Below, one piece after another: positions 48,880 through 64,000 of a stretch of 64,000 nucleotides of DNA. The position numbers and the translations under genes were made by a program. How positions within the stretch are numbered: position 1 is the stretch's first letter; every line of letters starts with the position of its first letter. The stretch is from Tricharina praecox (Eukaryota): the NCBI RefSeq assembly GCF_024521635.1, contig NW_026250406.1, positions 682,001-746,000 on the forward strand. The letters are read 5' to 3'. Under the pieces are notes generated by a model that worked only from the letters and a program-made list of their open reading frames with translations, was not told the DNA's origin and did not search any database.

Positions 48880-51800
48880 ATCCGTCCAGGTCGCATGCAA
48901 TCAATGATTAATCAAAAAGAAAACGTAGGTACGGGACTGGACGTGAGAGACAGTGGTTGGGACAGGTACTCTAGAGTAATAGGCAGGAGATAGAGTGATA
49001 TGAATGAGTGATCATGGCCAACTTTGATAGTGGACGAAAGTCGTGCCCCCCCCGCCAACCATCACTTTCTGGGACTCTCACCGCTGCCATGGACTCAAAA
49101 CGGTGCTCCCATCAACCCACCCTAACTTGTTTTCTCTGACAACTTGAGGCGGACCAGCCAATAGTTTGTAAACTAGCCTATTCACGTAGACATCAAAGTA
49201 GCTGTAAGAGGAGCGGGCCACTGAACTGGTTTGACCGTCCAAACCGGGTCGATAGCTACAAAGGCAGCGGTACGAGAGCCGGACCGGTTCGGACCAGTGA
49301 AACCGGCTGCACTGATCGTAGCCAACGCAATTCTCATAGAGTTGTTCAGTCCTGGCTTCACCGATCGGTTTCGGGGACCATGCGAGGTGCATGCAGCTGA
49401 GTGCCGGACGGAGACGGATGAGCAAGAACGAATATAGACAGATAACCAGATCCCTTCTGGGGAGCCTTCCTTTGCTGTGTTCAAGTGTAGGCCGCACGCA
49501 GACGAGCATATGAGACAGAATGGAGGCCAACCGAGGGTTTTGTCGTCGGTGCCGCGAACGAAGTGTAGTGTACTAGGTAGGTAGTATGTTGTTTGTTTAC
49601 GAGTGAATGGCTTGGGAGCCAACCTCTCATGTCCAGGACTCATCTACATATAAACTGGCCACTTTACGCTCCCGCTACAGCCCTTTGGAGTATGTTCATT
49701 ATCGATGTTTGCTTTGATAACTGAGTGCACCTTCGATCACTCGAACCGGTGGAATATTGCATTAAAAGATTTTGCAAGGATACCGCACGAGCTGGTATGT
49801 GCTTCTTGGGACATCATGCGAGTATCTTCACTATAGCACTCGTAGGTACGGTATTATTTAGAGTATCGTAGGACGCTCTGACAACAAGTACCTATTAGCC
49901 TACCAAGCATTCACTGACAGCCGATCACAGGGCCGCTCGTACCTGGCCAGATTTAGTTCATATGAACTCAAGATTTATAAAGGAGTAACGTAGGACGCTA
50001 CAGCAAAGCATATAGGGCATCTACTGGCGTACCTATTCACCGATCAAATTTCAGGTCAATGGACCTAGTACCTACGCACCACGCAGCGATTTCTGGTTGG
50101 TAAGTTAGCCCCTGGCTCTCGATTTTTCTCAATTCACTATGGGAGATCAAGTCCAGATGCTCTAATTTGAATGGGGAAATGCAGAGGAGACGAATTCCTC
50201 GCTGGAAAGTGGCCACTCGAATGAAAATGAACGTCACCGTAAATCACTCGGTATTTCTCATGGAGACATCTAGAAAAATTCTCTACCTGGAGTAGAGTCG
50301 AGAACCATTATATAGTAGGTATATGATCACATCACCGTCGCTTCCTGGTAGGAGGGGTGTCGGGGGACATTTGGATCGAGTTGGCCGGTCGACGAACTGA
50401 GGAGGAGACGGGGGTAAAAAAAATGGTAGCAATACAATATCCTGAATCATTACGTGTCGGGCCGGAATATGGTATCGCTAAGCAAGCGCTATGACAGAGA
50501 TAATCTGATACGTAGGATCATGAATACACAATGTGTAGCGATATGGAAGTTGTGAGTCCATCGCATTTCCATGTGGTAGTCGCTTGCCAATACGTATTGG
50601 ATACGTATCGCTGAGTGACAAGCGTATCGAAACGCGTTCTGGCAACTCTCTGTAGGTTGCAGTACAGCCGTAACAAGACTACGAGCCGTATAAAGACTAC
50701 GAGCTGTATCACAAAAATGAGCCGTATTGACACATAGTGTCGTCGTAGTATGTAGCCCCTTGAAAATATGCACCTGTGCTGGCTCCACATTGCACTGCTG
50801 TATCTGGTCAAAAATACGCCACGTAAGTAAAATCATATGCCTGCTGGCGCAATGGTTCAACTTTCGGAGTGTATTACTCACTTCGTCACGTATTGTAGCA
50901 AAAATATGCTATATAAAGCTATCATATTTCGCCAAAAATGTGGCAGTGCTAACGCATCAAGCAAATGCTAGTGATATCGCATCAGTACGGTCAAAATACG
51001 TGTTTTTATGACCTGATACGGTACGAAATATGTGTCCCGTCCCAGTTCCCCGCCATCGCGAAGACAAGGCATGCTAATCAAAAACGACAGCCTGCTGTAT
51101 GCAGTGATTAATGTTGAGATGACCACGGCTTTTTATCCACCATGCGGCCCAGTCACTGGCGCTCACTCGTACTTTCTCCATCTACTAGATGAGTTCAAAC
51201 ATGGCCGAGCACACCACAACACTCTGAGTAGTAGGGCGGCTCCCAGCAACTAGAGCTGGCGTATGGGGCCAAGGACATGTCGAGTGCTGGAAGGTTGCAG
51301 CGCCAAAATGGCCTTTGTTGCAGTATATCACTCGTCGTGCCTTACCTGGTCACTCGTTCGTGTTCGTTTGCTTTTTACATAGCACTGCAGAGTTTTCATA
51401 ACTATCCCTCGTAGTCATCAACCTAATCTAGCATCCGACCCGCAGGATGGATCAATTCACTGCGTCTCCACCATAGTTTCCAACACCTTCCAATTTTTCT
51501 CAGTGCGAGTGATCATAGGTGACACCTCGCCACTCCTGGGAGATACAATGCCGAAATAGGGCGGCTGAGGATGGAATGCATCTATGAATGCCGTTGGTTG
51601 ACGGGAGCGCAACAGGTTTATCAATATGTCAGCGGTCAATTAACTACTCCGTTCCAATCAATTCATATTCCTAAGGTACTGTAATATTCTAAATGCCGTG
51701 GTGATACTATCTCTCTACTGCATATATGTAAACATGAATTCGTTTGATTTCGGACCTGCTACGGAATGATATCAGCATGATTTTGAGTACGTTGTATTTA

Positions 51801-52137
51801 CACAGCAGCAATAATAATAACACAGTATCTCCGGAGTGATATCAGTAATGGTATCCCAATGGAGCTGCATTCAGCTCCAGTACACAGTCCCGCGAATATA
51901 GCACTGAAACAGAAATTGAATGAGATGGAATCGGTCGTTCCCTCGTCCATGGCACTGTTACCGCAACTAGAGACGTGAAATTTCCCCCAAGAGTACGCCG
52001 CATCCTGGGGCGTGCAGTACTATAGAGGACGGATCCATCTGTATCCAAGATTCAATTCGCACGCCATGTACCATTACAACATCATCATTAAAGCCCTATC
52101 TACAGAATCGGAAGAAAACAAACAAACCGGGTTTCAT

Positions 52138-53207
52138 CTAAACCGTTCTCCCCTCCTTCACGAGTCGCCTCTTATACTTCACCACTTCCCAATCCAGCAC
52201 CCTCCCCACAATACTCCACACCACTTGCAGCACCATCGCGAAGATGGTGTCCCACACGCCCTTTGGACTGCCACTCCACGAGCCGCCCCTCATGGCGCTT
52301 CCCATAAGCGTAGTAGTAACCAGCTTATCCCCCCTCTCCAGCCCCTTAACGCACTCGATCGCCACCTGGTCCGGCGTTTGTCCCTCATCCGAGCCCTCCA
52401 GTATCACCGTTAACTCCGGTATGGTCTTCAACTCCTCCTCGCGACCCGGCGAGAATATCGTGGCGGGAAAGCAAGCGTGCACATCGATATCATACAGGAT
52501 ACACTCCTGTCTCAGTCCATCCGCGAGGGATCTGATCGCCGCCTTGGCGGGGGAATACGAATTGTAGCCTGCGATGGGGTAGAACGCCAGTACCGAACTC
52601 GTCAGGATGATGTGTCGCTTCTGCTGCTGTGTGGGGTTCGCGATTGGGTTTGCAGTCATCATGCGCACGGCGCTGTGCGCGGTGTGGAGGGCCGTGAAGT
52701 AGTTCGTGCCAATTTCGCCCTCGAGCTCGGCGGAGGTGCGGTCTTTGAAGTATCCCGGGGTGGTGCCGCCGGCGCAGTTCCAGACTATGTCGGGAACGCC
52801 TAAGGAGGCCGCGATTGTTTCGAAGGCGGCGGCCGTGCCAGGACCGGTCGAGAGGTCGGCTGAGACGGCGAGGAATTTCTGCGTCGGATCACGTGCTGCG
52901 GTCTGGACTTCGCGTCAGCGGCTGCTTAACTGCGCAGCTCGAGGGGCGGTCGAACCTTGACTTCTACCAGCGCGTCATCGAGCTTCTGTCGGTTCCGGGC
53001 TACAATGGCGACGTGCGCGCCCTTCTGCGCGAGAAGTATCGCAACGCTTTTGCCCATTCCCTGGGATGCACCGGTAACAATTACTACGCGCCCCGCGATG
53101 GGCATCTGGTTGCTGCGGAATAGGGGCATGATTGCGAGGGAGGTGGAGAGGGCGAGGAAGGAGCCTATAATAGGGTAGGAGGTGAGTGTGGTGGTGAGTG
53201 CAGACAT
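52138..53207 (-). CDS. TSC10: 3-ketodihydrosphingosine reductase (SDR)
   Basis: VVIVTGASQGMGKSVA, PDIVWNCAGGTTPGYF, ILTSSVLAFYPIAGYNSYSPAKAAIRSLADGLRQE (YxxxK), FPATIFSPGREEE; one intron at ~52908-52956. Confidence 0.92.
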
Positions 53208-53664
53208 GGGCGGATTCTGGGCGGTGGAATGGTGACGGCGGCTTAAGCTTGTTGATGTGTCCTCGAATTGAAGATGAGTGATCGGTTGTCCTGGATGAGG
53301 CTCAAGAGCACAGCGGAAGCTAGTGTCGACCTGCATGAGCAGGGGTCGTAACGGAGACTACCGTAGTACCTTTGGTCCAGATCGTAAGACAAAATCGACA
53401 AGTCCTTGGGCTGATGAAATACTTCTGGCTCAACTGTCCATTGGCGGTGTAGCCAATGAAGAGGACGTTCTTCCGTTCACGCCGAAATCGCAGACAAACC
53501 CGACGAGTGATATTCAATGAATAGTCTTCCAAGCCGCTCACTAACTTAACTAGCGTCGCACGTATCCTTGTCGAAAAAGTTTCCCACTCGCGCAAATCTC
53601 ACCTCACTATTCAACCTCCACCTCTCCACCTCCACCTCCACTCGAACCTCCACCAAAGACAACA

Positions 53665-55488
53665 ATGGGCAAAAAGCGACGTTCTACCTCCTCGCGCACA
53701 GGTGCACCCACGGCATCCGAACCGACGATCAATGCGAAGGATGCAAAACTTGCGAAGGTCACTACGTGGGAGGACGTAGCGGACGAGGAGGATACCTTCC
53801 AACTGCAGCGGGATCAGGTGGCGCTTGAAGCGCTCGACCGTGGTCGCCACGATGACGACGAGGATGATGAGGAGGAGGTTATGGGGCTTAAGGAGTATGG
53901 GTATGAGCAATCTGACGAGGATGAAGAAGACGAAGACGAGTCTGAAGAGGAAGCGGATGCGGGGAACGCCCAATCCGACGATGAATCGGATGCCGAGAAG
54001 GAGGACGAAGAAGCGGAGGAAGGATGGGGCTCCGGCAAGAGGGCGTACTATAACGATGCCGATGAGGATGTCGACGCCGCAGAGGAGGAAGCCGAAGCGC
54101 TGCGTATCCAGTCGAAGCAACTCGCCGCCCTCAACGTCTCCGACTTCGCCTTCGATGACGACGACTGGTCTGCTTCTGCCGCGCCCAACGCTAAATCCAC
54201 CGCCGTCGTTACGGAAACCCTACCTACGAAGCTCCCAGATACTCCCGAGGAGCGACTGAAGCTGCTGCATACCCGCCACCCAGAGTTCGTGCCGCTTTCG
54301 GAAGAGTTTCTGGCACTGCAGACCCTTTTCCCCGCGCTCGAGATGGGTGCGATGGCTGCAGAGACAGTTGGTGAGACGGAAAAGACGAGTGCTGTGGTCA
54401 GGAAGTGGAAGGTCGCCAGTGCATACCTCGGCGTGTTGAGCATGTACTTCGCCATCCTGACGGAGGCGGGGAAGGAGGACGACGGCGCAATTGATAGAGT
54501 GCGTGAGCACCCTATTATGTCCGCTTTGCTGGCCGTGCGACAGGCGTGGGACAAGGTGAAGGGCGAGCGTGTCGAAAGGATCGAAGCAAGACTGGAATCG
54601 GTGACCGAGGAGCGAGAGGATGCCGATAAGGGACGGAAACGGAAGCTTGCCGAGAGCGAAGATGAGGACAGCGACGATGATTCGGAGCACTCGGATACTA
54701 CTGTGCAGGTGGTCAAGAAGGCCCGGGCTACGAAGGAGGACTTTACGGATTTGGACGCGCTCACTGCATTCCCGTCAAAGACCTCGAAGACAAAACGAAT
54801 CGTCAAGCGGGCGAACGAGGACGAGGACTTTGGCGAGGAGGCGGTACTGAACGTGATCGATGCTGAGGAGAAGGCGAAGCGTAAGAAGGGCTTGCGCTTC
54901 TTTACTTCGCAGATCAATGCTAAGTCTACGAAACGTGATGCGGCTTCAAGAGGTGCTGGTGGAGATATGGATGTTCCCCATCGCGAGAGACGCAAGGAGC
55001 GAGAGTTGAGGCTACGGGCCGAGGCGCAGAGACGACGAGACAAGGGCGAAGGTGCCAACCTCTCCGACAACGAGCCGGAACCGCTGCGACAGTCCAAGAA
55101 ATCGGCAGCGCCGGCCGAAGACCCTGACAATGAGTACTACGACCTCCTCGTCTCCACATCCAAGGCACGGAAGGAGGAGAAGAAGCAACTCTACGAAGCG
55201 AACAAGGCGGCAGTAAAGGAGGGGAACATGGCACAGATGGTGGAGGGTGCGGTAGGGCCCGACGGAAAGCGAGAGATTGGGTGGAAGATCATGAAGAACA
55301 AGGGGCTGCAACCGAAGAGGAAGAAGGAAGTGCGGAATCCCAGAGTGAAGAAGAAGCTGCAGTACGAGAAGAAGATGAAGAAGGTCAGCTCCGTCAAGGC
55401 GGTCTACAAGGGCGGCCTTCAGGGAGCGTATGGCGGAGAGGCTACTGGTATCAAGAAGAACATCGTCAAGAGTACCAAGTTTGCTTAG
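53665..55488 (+). CDS. SAS10: U3 snoRNP / SSU processome subunit Sas10/Utp3
   Basis: GWGSGKRAYY, HPEFVPL, YLGVLSMYFAIL..EHPIM, GGDMDVPHRER, and C-terminal DGKREIGWKIMKNKGLQPKRKKEVRNPRVKKK...YGGEATGIKKNIVKS. Confidence 0.95.
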   Translation: MGKKRRSTSSRTGAPTASEPTINAKDAKLAKVTTWEDVADEEDTFQLQRDQVALEALDRGRHDDDEDDEEEVMGLKEYGYEQSDEDEEDEDESEEEADAGNAQSDDESDAEKEDEEAEEGWGSGKRAYYNDADEDVDAAEEEAEALRIQSKQLAALNVSDFAFDDDDWSASAAPNAKSTAVVTETLPTKLPDTPEERLKLLHTRHPEFVPLSEEFLALQTLFPALEMGAMAAETVGETEKTSAVVRKWKVASAYLGVLSMYFAILTEAGKEDDGAIDRVREHPIMSALLAVRQAWDKVKGERVERIEARLESVTEEREDADKGRKRKLAESEDEDSDDDSEHSDTTVQVVKKARATKEDFTDLDALTAFPSKTSKTKRIVKRANEDEDFGEEAVLNVIDAEEKAKRKKGLRFFTSQINAKSTKRDAASRGAGGDMDVPHRERRKERELRLRAEAQRRRDKGEGANLSDNEPEPLRQSKKSAAPAEDPDNEYYDLLVSTSKARKEEKKQLYEANKAAVKEGNMAQMVEGAVGPDGKREIGWKIMKNKGLQPKRKKEVRNPRVKKKLQYEKKMKKVSSVKAVYKGGLQGAYGGEATGIKKNIVKSTKFA

Positions 55489-55591
55489 AGGTAGCTTTCT
55501 ATTTTTGGCTAGAGCACGTTTGTACATACCAAAAGCTAGGGGATCGTATAATGAAGATGGGACTGGGATTGATATAAAGGGTCCTGTAAGA

Positions 55592-55694
55592 CCAAGGCTT
55601 TTGGATTCCAAGGCTTCTGTGAAGCCAAAGCTTCTGTGAGGCCAAAGCTTTTGTGAGGCCAAAGCTTCTGTGAGGCCAAAACTTCTGTGAGGCC
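55592..55694. repeat. 17-bp minisatellite (gaggccaaagcttctgt) ~6 copies
   Basis: Read directly downstream of the SAS10 stop. Confidence 0.9.
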
Positions 55695-56090
55695 TAGGCA
55701 ACAAAGCTTAGATAACTTGTAAGGATACATAGCACTTTCCACGACGAGGCTTAATGGAGACTCAATGTAAGGTTTAACGGCCATTCGTATCATGTGGTGT
55801 CATTCTCTCCGCGTTCGCAACTCGACAAGGATAACGCCCCAGCTGCACGTAAGCTCCTACACGCGGGAACAGGGGATTAGGTCGGAAACCACCTCGGGGA
55901 AAGAGAACACCTAAACATCAAAGAGAGCACTTGTGTTGCGTACACTCTCTCGAATCCCGCTCCCGCTCCAACACCATCACCACCACATCGTCACCACTCT
56001 CCTTTGTATGCAACGCCGCAGTCGTCGTCTCCGCTCCTTCCACCAAGAAAGACGACTCAAGAAACCACGACGTCACACCAGCCAGCCACA

Positions 56091-57203
56091 ATGGGCACTC
56101 CCGCTGGTGACCCCACTGCAATTGCTCCAATACACTACCTGCACCTCCTCCAACAGGACCCCCGCGCATTCATCAATGAGATTCCCCCCTCATATATGAT
56201 CACGGCTGTAGTCATCTTTATCACGACTGCACTCATCAGTGTACATTCCCCTTCTTCACTCTTCCTTCCCTGCTAACAAGCCCAGGCCTACGTCTTCCTC
56301 CACCTGATCGCGCACCATCCGCGCCTCTCCACAGTATCGGAGCGCACCTTCCGTACGACGGCCGCATCGGGAACACCGACATCGCCACAGCCGCTCCCCA
56401 CAACCTCCACCGACGAACCCACCCTAACCCTCTCCGTTGTCGTCCCCGCCTACAATGAACAGGCGCGTCTCCCCACCATGCTCCTCGAAGCCGTCGAGTT
56501 CCTTGCGAGCGCCTACGAACCCGAGGACTGGGAAATCCTCGTCGTTGACGACGGCTCCAGTGACGACACCGCCTCCATCGCCCTTCAGTTCGCGGCGGAG
56601 TCCCCGCTCGTGGCGTCGGGCCAGATCCGCGTTGTGATGCTGGAGCGCAACCGCGGCAAGGGCGGCGCGGTCGCACACGGGATGCGCCACGTCCGCGGGA
56701 AATACGCTATTTTCGCCGACGCCGACGGCGCGAGCAAGTTCTCCGACGTTACGGCGCTGATGACGGCTGCTCAAGGCGTGGAGAAGAAGGGCTACGGGAT
56801 CGCTGTCGGCAGCAGGGCGCATATGGTTAATACCGATGCGGTGGTCAAGCGCAGTTTTGTGCGGAATCTACTGATGTACTCTTTCCATATGCTGTTGAAG
56901 ACGGTGGGTGTAAGGGAGATTCAGGACACCCAGTGTGGCTTCAAGCTTTTCTCAAGACAGGCGGCGAAAGCTGTGTTTGAGGACTTGCGGACTGAGGGCT
57001 GGATCTTCGATATTGAGGTGCTGCTGCTGGCGGGGTATAAGGGGATACCTGTCGTCGAAGTGCCGGTGAGCTGGCATGAGGTCGAAGGGACGAAGATGGA
57101 TCTTGTTAGCGACTCGATCCGTATGGCGTGGGATTTGGGCGTTGTCAGGGCAGGTTATACGGTCGGCGTTTATGGAGTTGGACCCGGTGGTCCCGAGAGG
57201 TAG
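56091..57203 (+). CDS. ALG5: Dolichyl-phosphate beta-glucosyltransferase (GT2)
   Basis: N-terminal TM, intron ~56241-56286, LSVVVPAYNEQARL, EILVVDDGSSDDT, NRGKGGAVAHGMRHVRG, FADADGASKF, GSRAHMV, DTQCGFKLF, GWIFDIE. Confidence 0.96.
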
Positions 57204-57930
57204 ACCGAGTGTTTCACGACAATCATCATTTTTTGGTGTTGTGGGAGTTGTAAGAGTACGTACCTAGACAGAATGAGATACCGTGCAATCGTAATCCTAA
57301 TGTCCCCGTAGAAGGGGAGTTCGATGGCGAACGGCCGGGCCGGGCCGTATAGCCAAGTATGGTCCGGACATCCCATCCGCGCCTGGGCCGGCGCTTGAAG
57401 CTGCAGGAACCCGTCGGTATCGCGAAACCATAAAACCTGTTTGCTCTCATCTCAGCTGTCCGCTTATCTCGCTCTCTCTCTCTGGTCGAGGTATGTACGT
57501 ACCATCGTCGCACAGATATTTTGCAATATCAACATCTCAGCATTGCAGAAACGCAATCCTCCGGATAACTCTGGGCTGAATGTCTCAGGACGCGGACTTG
57601 ACCTAACGTTGAAAGGCATAGCGGTCGGAGGAACAAGGGCCCATGTACGGAACAGGCTCAACTCACCGGAAAACATCGTAGCCCCTTAGCTGACGGTGGA
57701 GAATTCATCATGAATCCTAGGGACGGCACTTCAGCTATCCTACCCTATTCTGCATAGGGGTTGAGTTTCCGATGCCGTAGGCACTAACAACTATATAGCA
57801 CCTACCCAGTTACCATGAATAGTGTTTAAAAACCGCCAAACTTCAGAAGTTACATATCCCCAGGATAACCAGGACGCGCCTGGCTTCTATACAATCGTTT
57901 TTTTGGATATCGTCACTCGCTTGGCCCACA

Positions 57931-60410
57931 ATGCGCATCTCGAGCGTACTCCTTCTCTTTTCCGCGCCTCTGACATTCACTGCCGTCACCGCCGCTCCCC
58001 AACCCGGCCTCCTTGATGGCATCCTAGATATCGTCGGCCTGCTCCCCATTGTCGGTGCGTATGCCATCTTTCTCCCCACCAAACGTAGCTAAACCATCCC
58101 TACAGGCGACCTGGTAGATACCAAAATCCTCAGCGAGATGATCTCCTCGCTGGCGACCTCGCAACCGCTCCGTGCCGCGTTCCCGGGTCTCCGTGATGTC
58201 CTCGTCAAAGTCCAGAGCGGCACAATCGAGAACGAGGCGTACCTCCGGGGATTTCTCAACTCGATCAAGCTGCACGATGCCTTCTCGACTGCGTACGGCG
58301 AGCTAGATTCGGACTTGCAGACGAAGGTCACGGCATTCATGGGCGGGGCTACCGCCACGGAGGTGGTGGGCGACGCCGGGTTTACGCTCCCGCTGAGCCC
58401 CGTCTCCAAAAGACATTTCGTCGAGATGGAGGGAACAGCCATGGGGAAGGGCCGCAGGAGGTGGCTCAATGCGAAGCGCCAGATGAGTCCTACCGTGTAT
58501 GAAGACGCCGCGAAGGAGAAGGTTATGGTGGTACGTCTCTTTTCCTCCTGAACGCTCCGGCTTCTCGATAGTACATGTGGTAATGGGTTCTGTGTGCTAG
58601 GCCCACATCGGCCTCGCGTTCGAAAACTGGGGGTTGACCGTAAGCAACACCCCCGCCTTCACCTTCGTCCCGACGACCGTGTACGGCCTGCAGAGCCTGA
58701 TCCAGTGGGCACGGGACAGCGACAAGCGTGTACGAGCGGCCGGGCACAGGCACAGCTGGACGTCGCTGTTCTCCGAGGACAACGAGGTGTTCGTGTCCAT
58801 GCTCGATCTCAAGACCGCCACCAACGTGCCGGATCCGAGCTCGATCCTACCGGATAATCTAAGTAACCTAGCAAATGAGTTCAAGACGATCGAGCTACAA
58901 GACGTGACCGGAAATACGGACGGGAAGGCTCTCGTAAGGATCGGCGCTGCGGTCACGAACGAGGAGTTGAGGAGGTGGTCGGTCAGGGGGGATGCGTGGG
59001 CACTGTCGTTGAATACCATTATCGTCGAGTACGTACTCACCCCTCCCCCCTTGAGTGAATATCACCATGCTAATCCACACTACTCAGAATCACCGCCGGC
59101 GGCGCCAACGCGCCCCTCTGCCACGGTGCAGGAATCCGGAGCAAAACCATCAGTGATCTCGTACGCAAGATCGAATACGTAGATGCCAACGGCATTCACC
59201 GGTCGATCGAGGACGCCGCGCAACTACGTGCTGCGGCGGGCTCCCTCGGCCTCCTGGGAATCGTCACGCACATCACCCTAGAGATGGACACGATGACTTA
59301 CGCCCAGCTCAAGCCGCTGAAGCAGGATGTTAACCTGGCCATTCCGCCACCGACGGGGTATACCGTGCCCCAGGCTATAAGAAAGTCTTATTCTCCTGCG
59401 AGGCTGGAAGCCGCGAGACTGGCGTTCATCAAGAAGGCGGAGGAGAGTCATTACAGTGGTATGTGTTTTTCTCGCTCTCTCGCTCTTCGTAGGAGTTGTG
59501 TTGCGTGAGACTAACAGATCCGAAGAATGGTTCTGGTTCCCGTATCAACAGCAAGCCTACATCAACTGCTGGGACACGACGCAGGACAGCACAGGCGCGA
59601 TCGACTACCCGACCTACCCCGACACATTCCTGCAATGGTTACAAGGCTGGCTAGGCGGAGTAGCCAACGACTCATTGCTCTTCCGCGCGCTCCCCGGGCA
59701 CTGGCAAGCGCAAATCCTCGCGTCGCTGGCCATGCTCGCGCTCCCGACGCAAGAGGCAAAGACCTACCTCCCAGACGGCCTCCACTTCCGGCGGGGCGTG
59801 CAGAACATGCGGGTGCGGGACATGGAGCTTCAGATCCCGATTCCGGCGCGGGCCGACGACGCGACGAAGGCGGACTGGGGCGTCGTGCAGAAGGCGTGGT
59901 GGGACGCGATCCAGGCGGTTTATGAAGACCCTACGGCGCCGATGCGCATCGCGCTCGAGATGCGGATCACCGGCGCGAGTGATATGATCATGGCCGCGCA
60001 GACGAATAATTCCTTCGGTACGGCGAGCATAGAGATTCTGACTACTATGCCCGCCGTCGCGGAGGACGTCTGGGAGCCGTTCGCACAGAAGATCACGGAT
60101 CTGTGGACGTCGTATCAGGCTAATGGGCAGCTGCTCAACGTGCGCCCACATTGGGCGAAGGAGTGGTGAGTTATCGACCTCGAAGCTCGCGATTATACTA
60201 GGGATGGCCTGCTGACTGAGAGTATCTAGGGATGGATATACGGTGCAGGGACAGTCGTGGAGACAGCGGCTAAAGACGGTGTCGTATAAAGACCAGATTC
60301 CGGAGTTCTTGGCTGTGCTTGGGGAGATTGGGGAGGAGCAGGGCTTTACAGTGGAGGATCTACAGAAGAGGTTTTCGAATCCGCTACTGGATGAGATTTT
60401 TTTTGATTAA
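57931..60410 (+). CDS. Secreted FAD-linked oxidase (VAO/PCMH fold, ALO/L-gulonolactone-oxidase-like), 6 exons
   Basis: Signal peptide MRISSVLLLFSAPLTFTAVTA. Motifs FENWGLTVSNTP, RVRAAGHRHSW, RIGAAVTNEELRRW, ITAGGANAPLCHGAG, GSLGLLGIVTHITL, RPHWAKEW. Five GT-AG introns keep the frame; stop TAA at 60408-60410. Confidence 0.88.
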
Positions 60411-61537
60411 ATGGTGTCGAGGAGGGTTTGCTAAATACATAGTTGTAATTTGCTGTTGATTTATGGACGAAGCTTTTGTTCAATCATGATCATTCGACCT
60501 AACATACTACATAATACCTAGATCACGGCCACGTACTCTGGAGTCTGGAATCTGGATACCTATTCTTATTTATAGAGTATAATGTTTTGTTTAATCATGG
60601 TTAGAGTTCATTCAACCTTATTGGATCACGGCCGATTGACTATGAGTCTACGGACCAATACAGCGATATCGAGTGATTCAGAAAGCACGCGGGAGGGAAC
60701 CGCAATGCATCCGCGATATCTCCATAGTATGCACCCCATCCGGGGGAATCGGTTGATTTTGTCATACACAACACAACTCCCGCCTTGCATGCTAATAGAT
60801 CTGCGTAGATTGATGATTACCGGCTGTTGATATTATCCGCCCAGCTACCCAGCCGGCGCTTGTCAGCCCAGGTACATATGAACATACCTGCCCTCAACAG
60901 CTGGAGGCGCATATGAGGTGCATGTGTGTGTCCATTCTTGCGCGTAGAAAGGCAAGAGCTCGAATGCATTATGGGTCTGGAATCGTTCTGGTTAGTTACC
61001 GTGAACTAGAAAACTACCACCACCTCCCAAAACCGAGACGAACCGTGCAGGTGGATCCATTTGCGCGATCGGCAGCCGAGATATCCGCATTCGGGAAACC
61101 AAATCTAGAAGGATCAACATCCGCTACGGATCCGTTGTGGATCCGGCCCCCATGGGCCATATCGTGCCATTGCCGGTGTGAGTGGAATATTTTTGCTTGA
61201 TATGCCATCCCCCCATAGTTACGCGATTGGATATGCATGCTGTTGAGGGATGAACTCGTCGTCGTTATTGCGTTGTTGTTATTCTCGGCGAGCAATGCTT
61301 TATGCCTATAGGTATATCTCATACTCATCTCTTAATACCCTAGTGCCCAACCGATAAAAATACCTGTGAGTACATTATGTGAGTACACAATGTGAGTTAC
61401 TGTACCTATAAATTTCTAGGTGGGGTCGAGAACAAGATGTACATAAGATGGGAAGCTGCGCAGCTGTGGAGATGGACGAAGCTCTCGCCTTCGAATCCAC
61501 AAGCAGTCACCAGATACGGCGATCCCGACCCGTGAAT

Positions 61538-63801
<2,264 letters not shown>

Positions 63802-64000
63802 CTACAACCAGATACTATAAGTAAATATGGGGGGGGGGGCTTTTGCGGGGAAATGTGTGAATATTCTTGTACTTTATCATAGATCAAAATGAACACATAT
63901 GGTACCTCCGTCGAGATGATCTGCTGCATGGCCGCTTTCCACTGTGGCGAAAAATTCCCTAGTAGGTATCGTTTCAGCATGCATTCTCGACTCGCATTCC

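Noticed and set aside
54048..55130. 360-aa antisense ORF (also antisense ORFs over CSN6, ETFB and others)
   Set aside because: Shadow ORFs of GC-rich genes on the opposite strand

Overview
Eukaryotic (filamentous ascomycete) genomic DNA: short GT-AG introns with CTAAC/CTGAC branch points, one intron-containing tRNA and fungal protein families. A Pezizomycete-like origin is my impression, not demonstrated. The first ~30 kb is gene-poor and accessory-like. It holds a decayed P-loop NTPase-like relic (~3.1-3.6 kb), a MARVEL-like membrane protein, two eroded tandem duplications (11.6-12.9 kb and 15.7-17.9 kb) flanking an intronless F-box-like ORF, a DUF3445/HDOD gene, tRNA-Glu(CTC), and a 5-exon AT-hook-like/Myb-like gene that the ORF track recovers only as fragments. 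From ~31 to 57 kb lies a conserved housekeeping block (CSN6, ATG3, a hypothetical gene, HSM3-like, ETF-beta, Acinus-like, TSC10, SAS10/UTP3, ALG5) with many microsatellites. The window ends with a secreted FAD-linked ALO/GULO-type oxidase and a GMC oxidoreductase with two disabling lesions. I found no CRISPR, rRNA or intact transposase, and no clearly novel multi-gene system. All calls come from manual reading and motif recognition, with no database searches.
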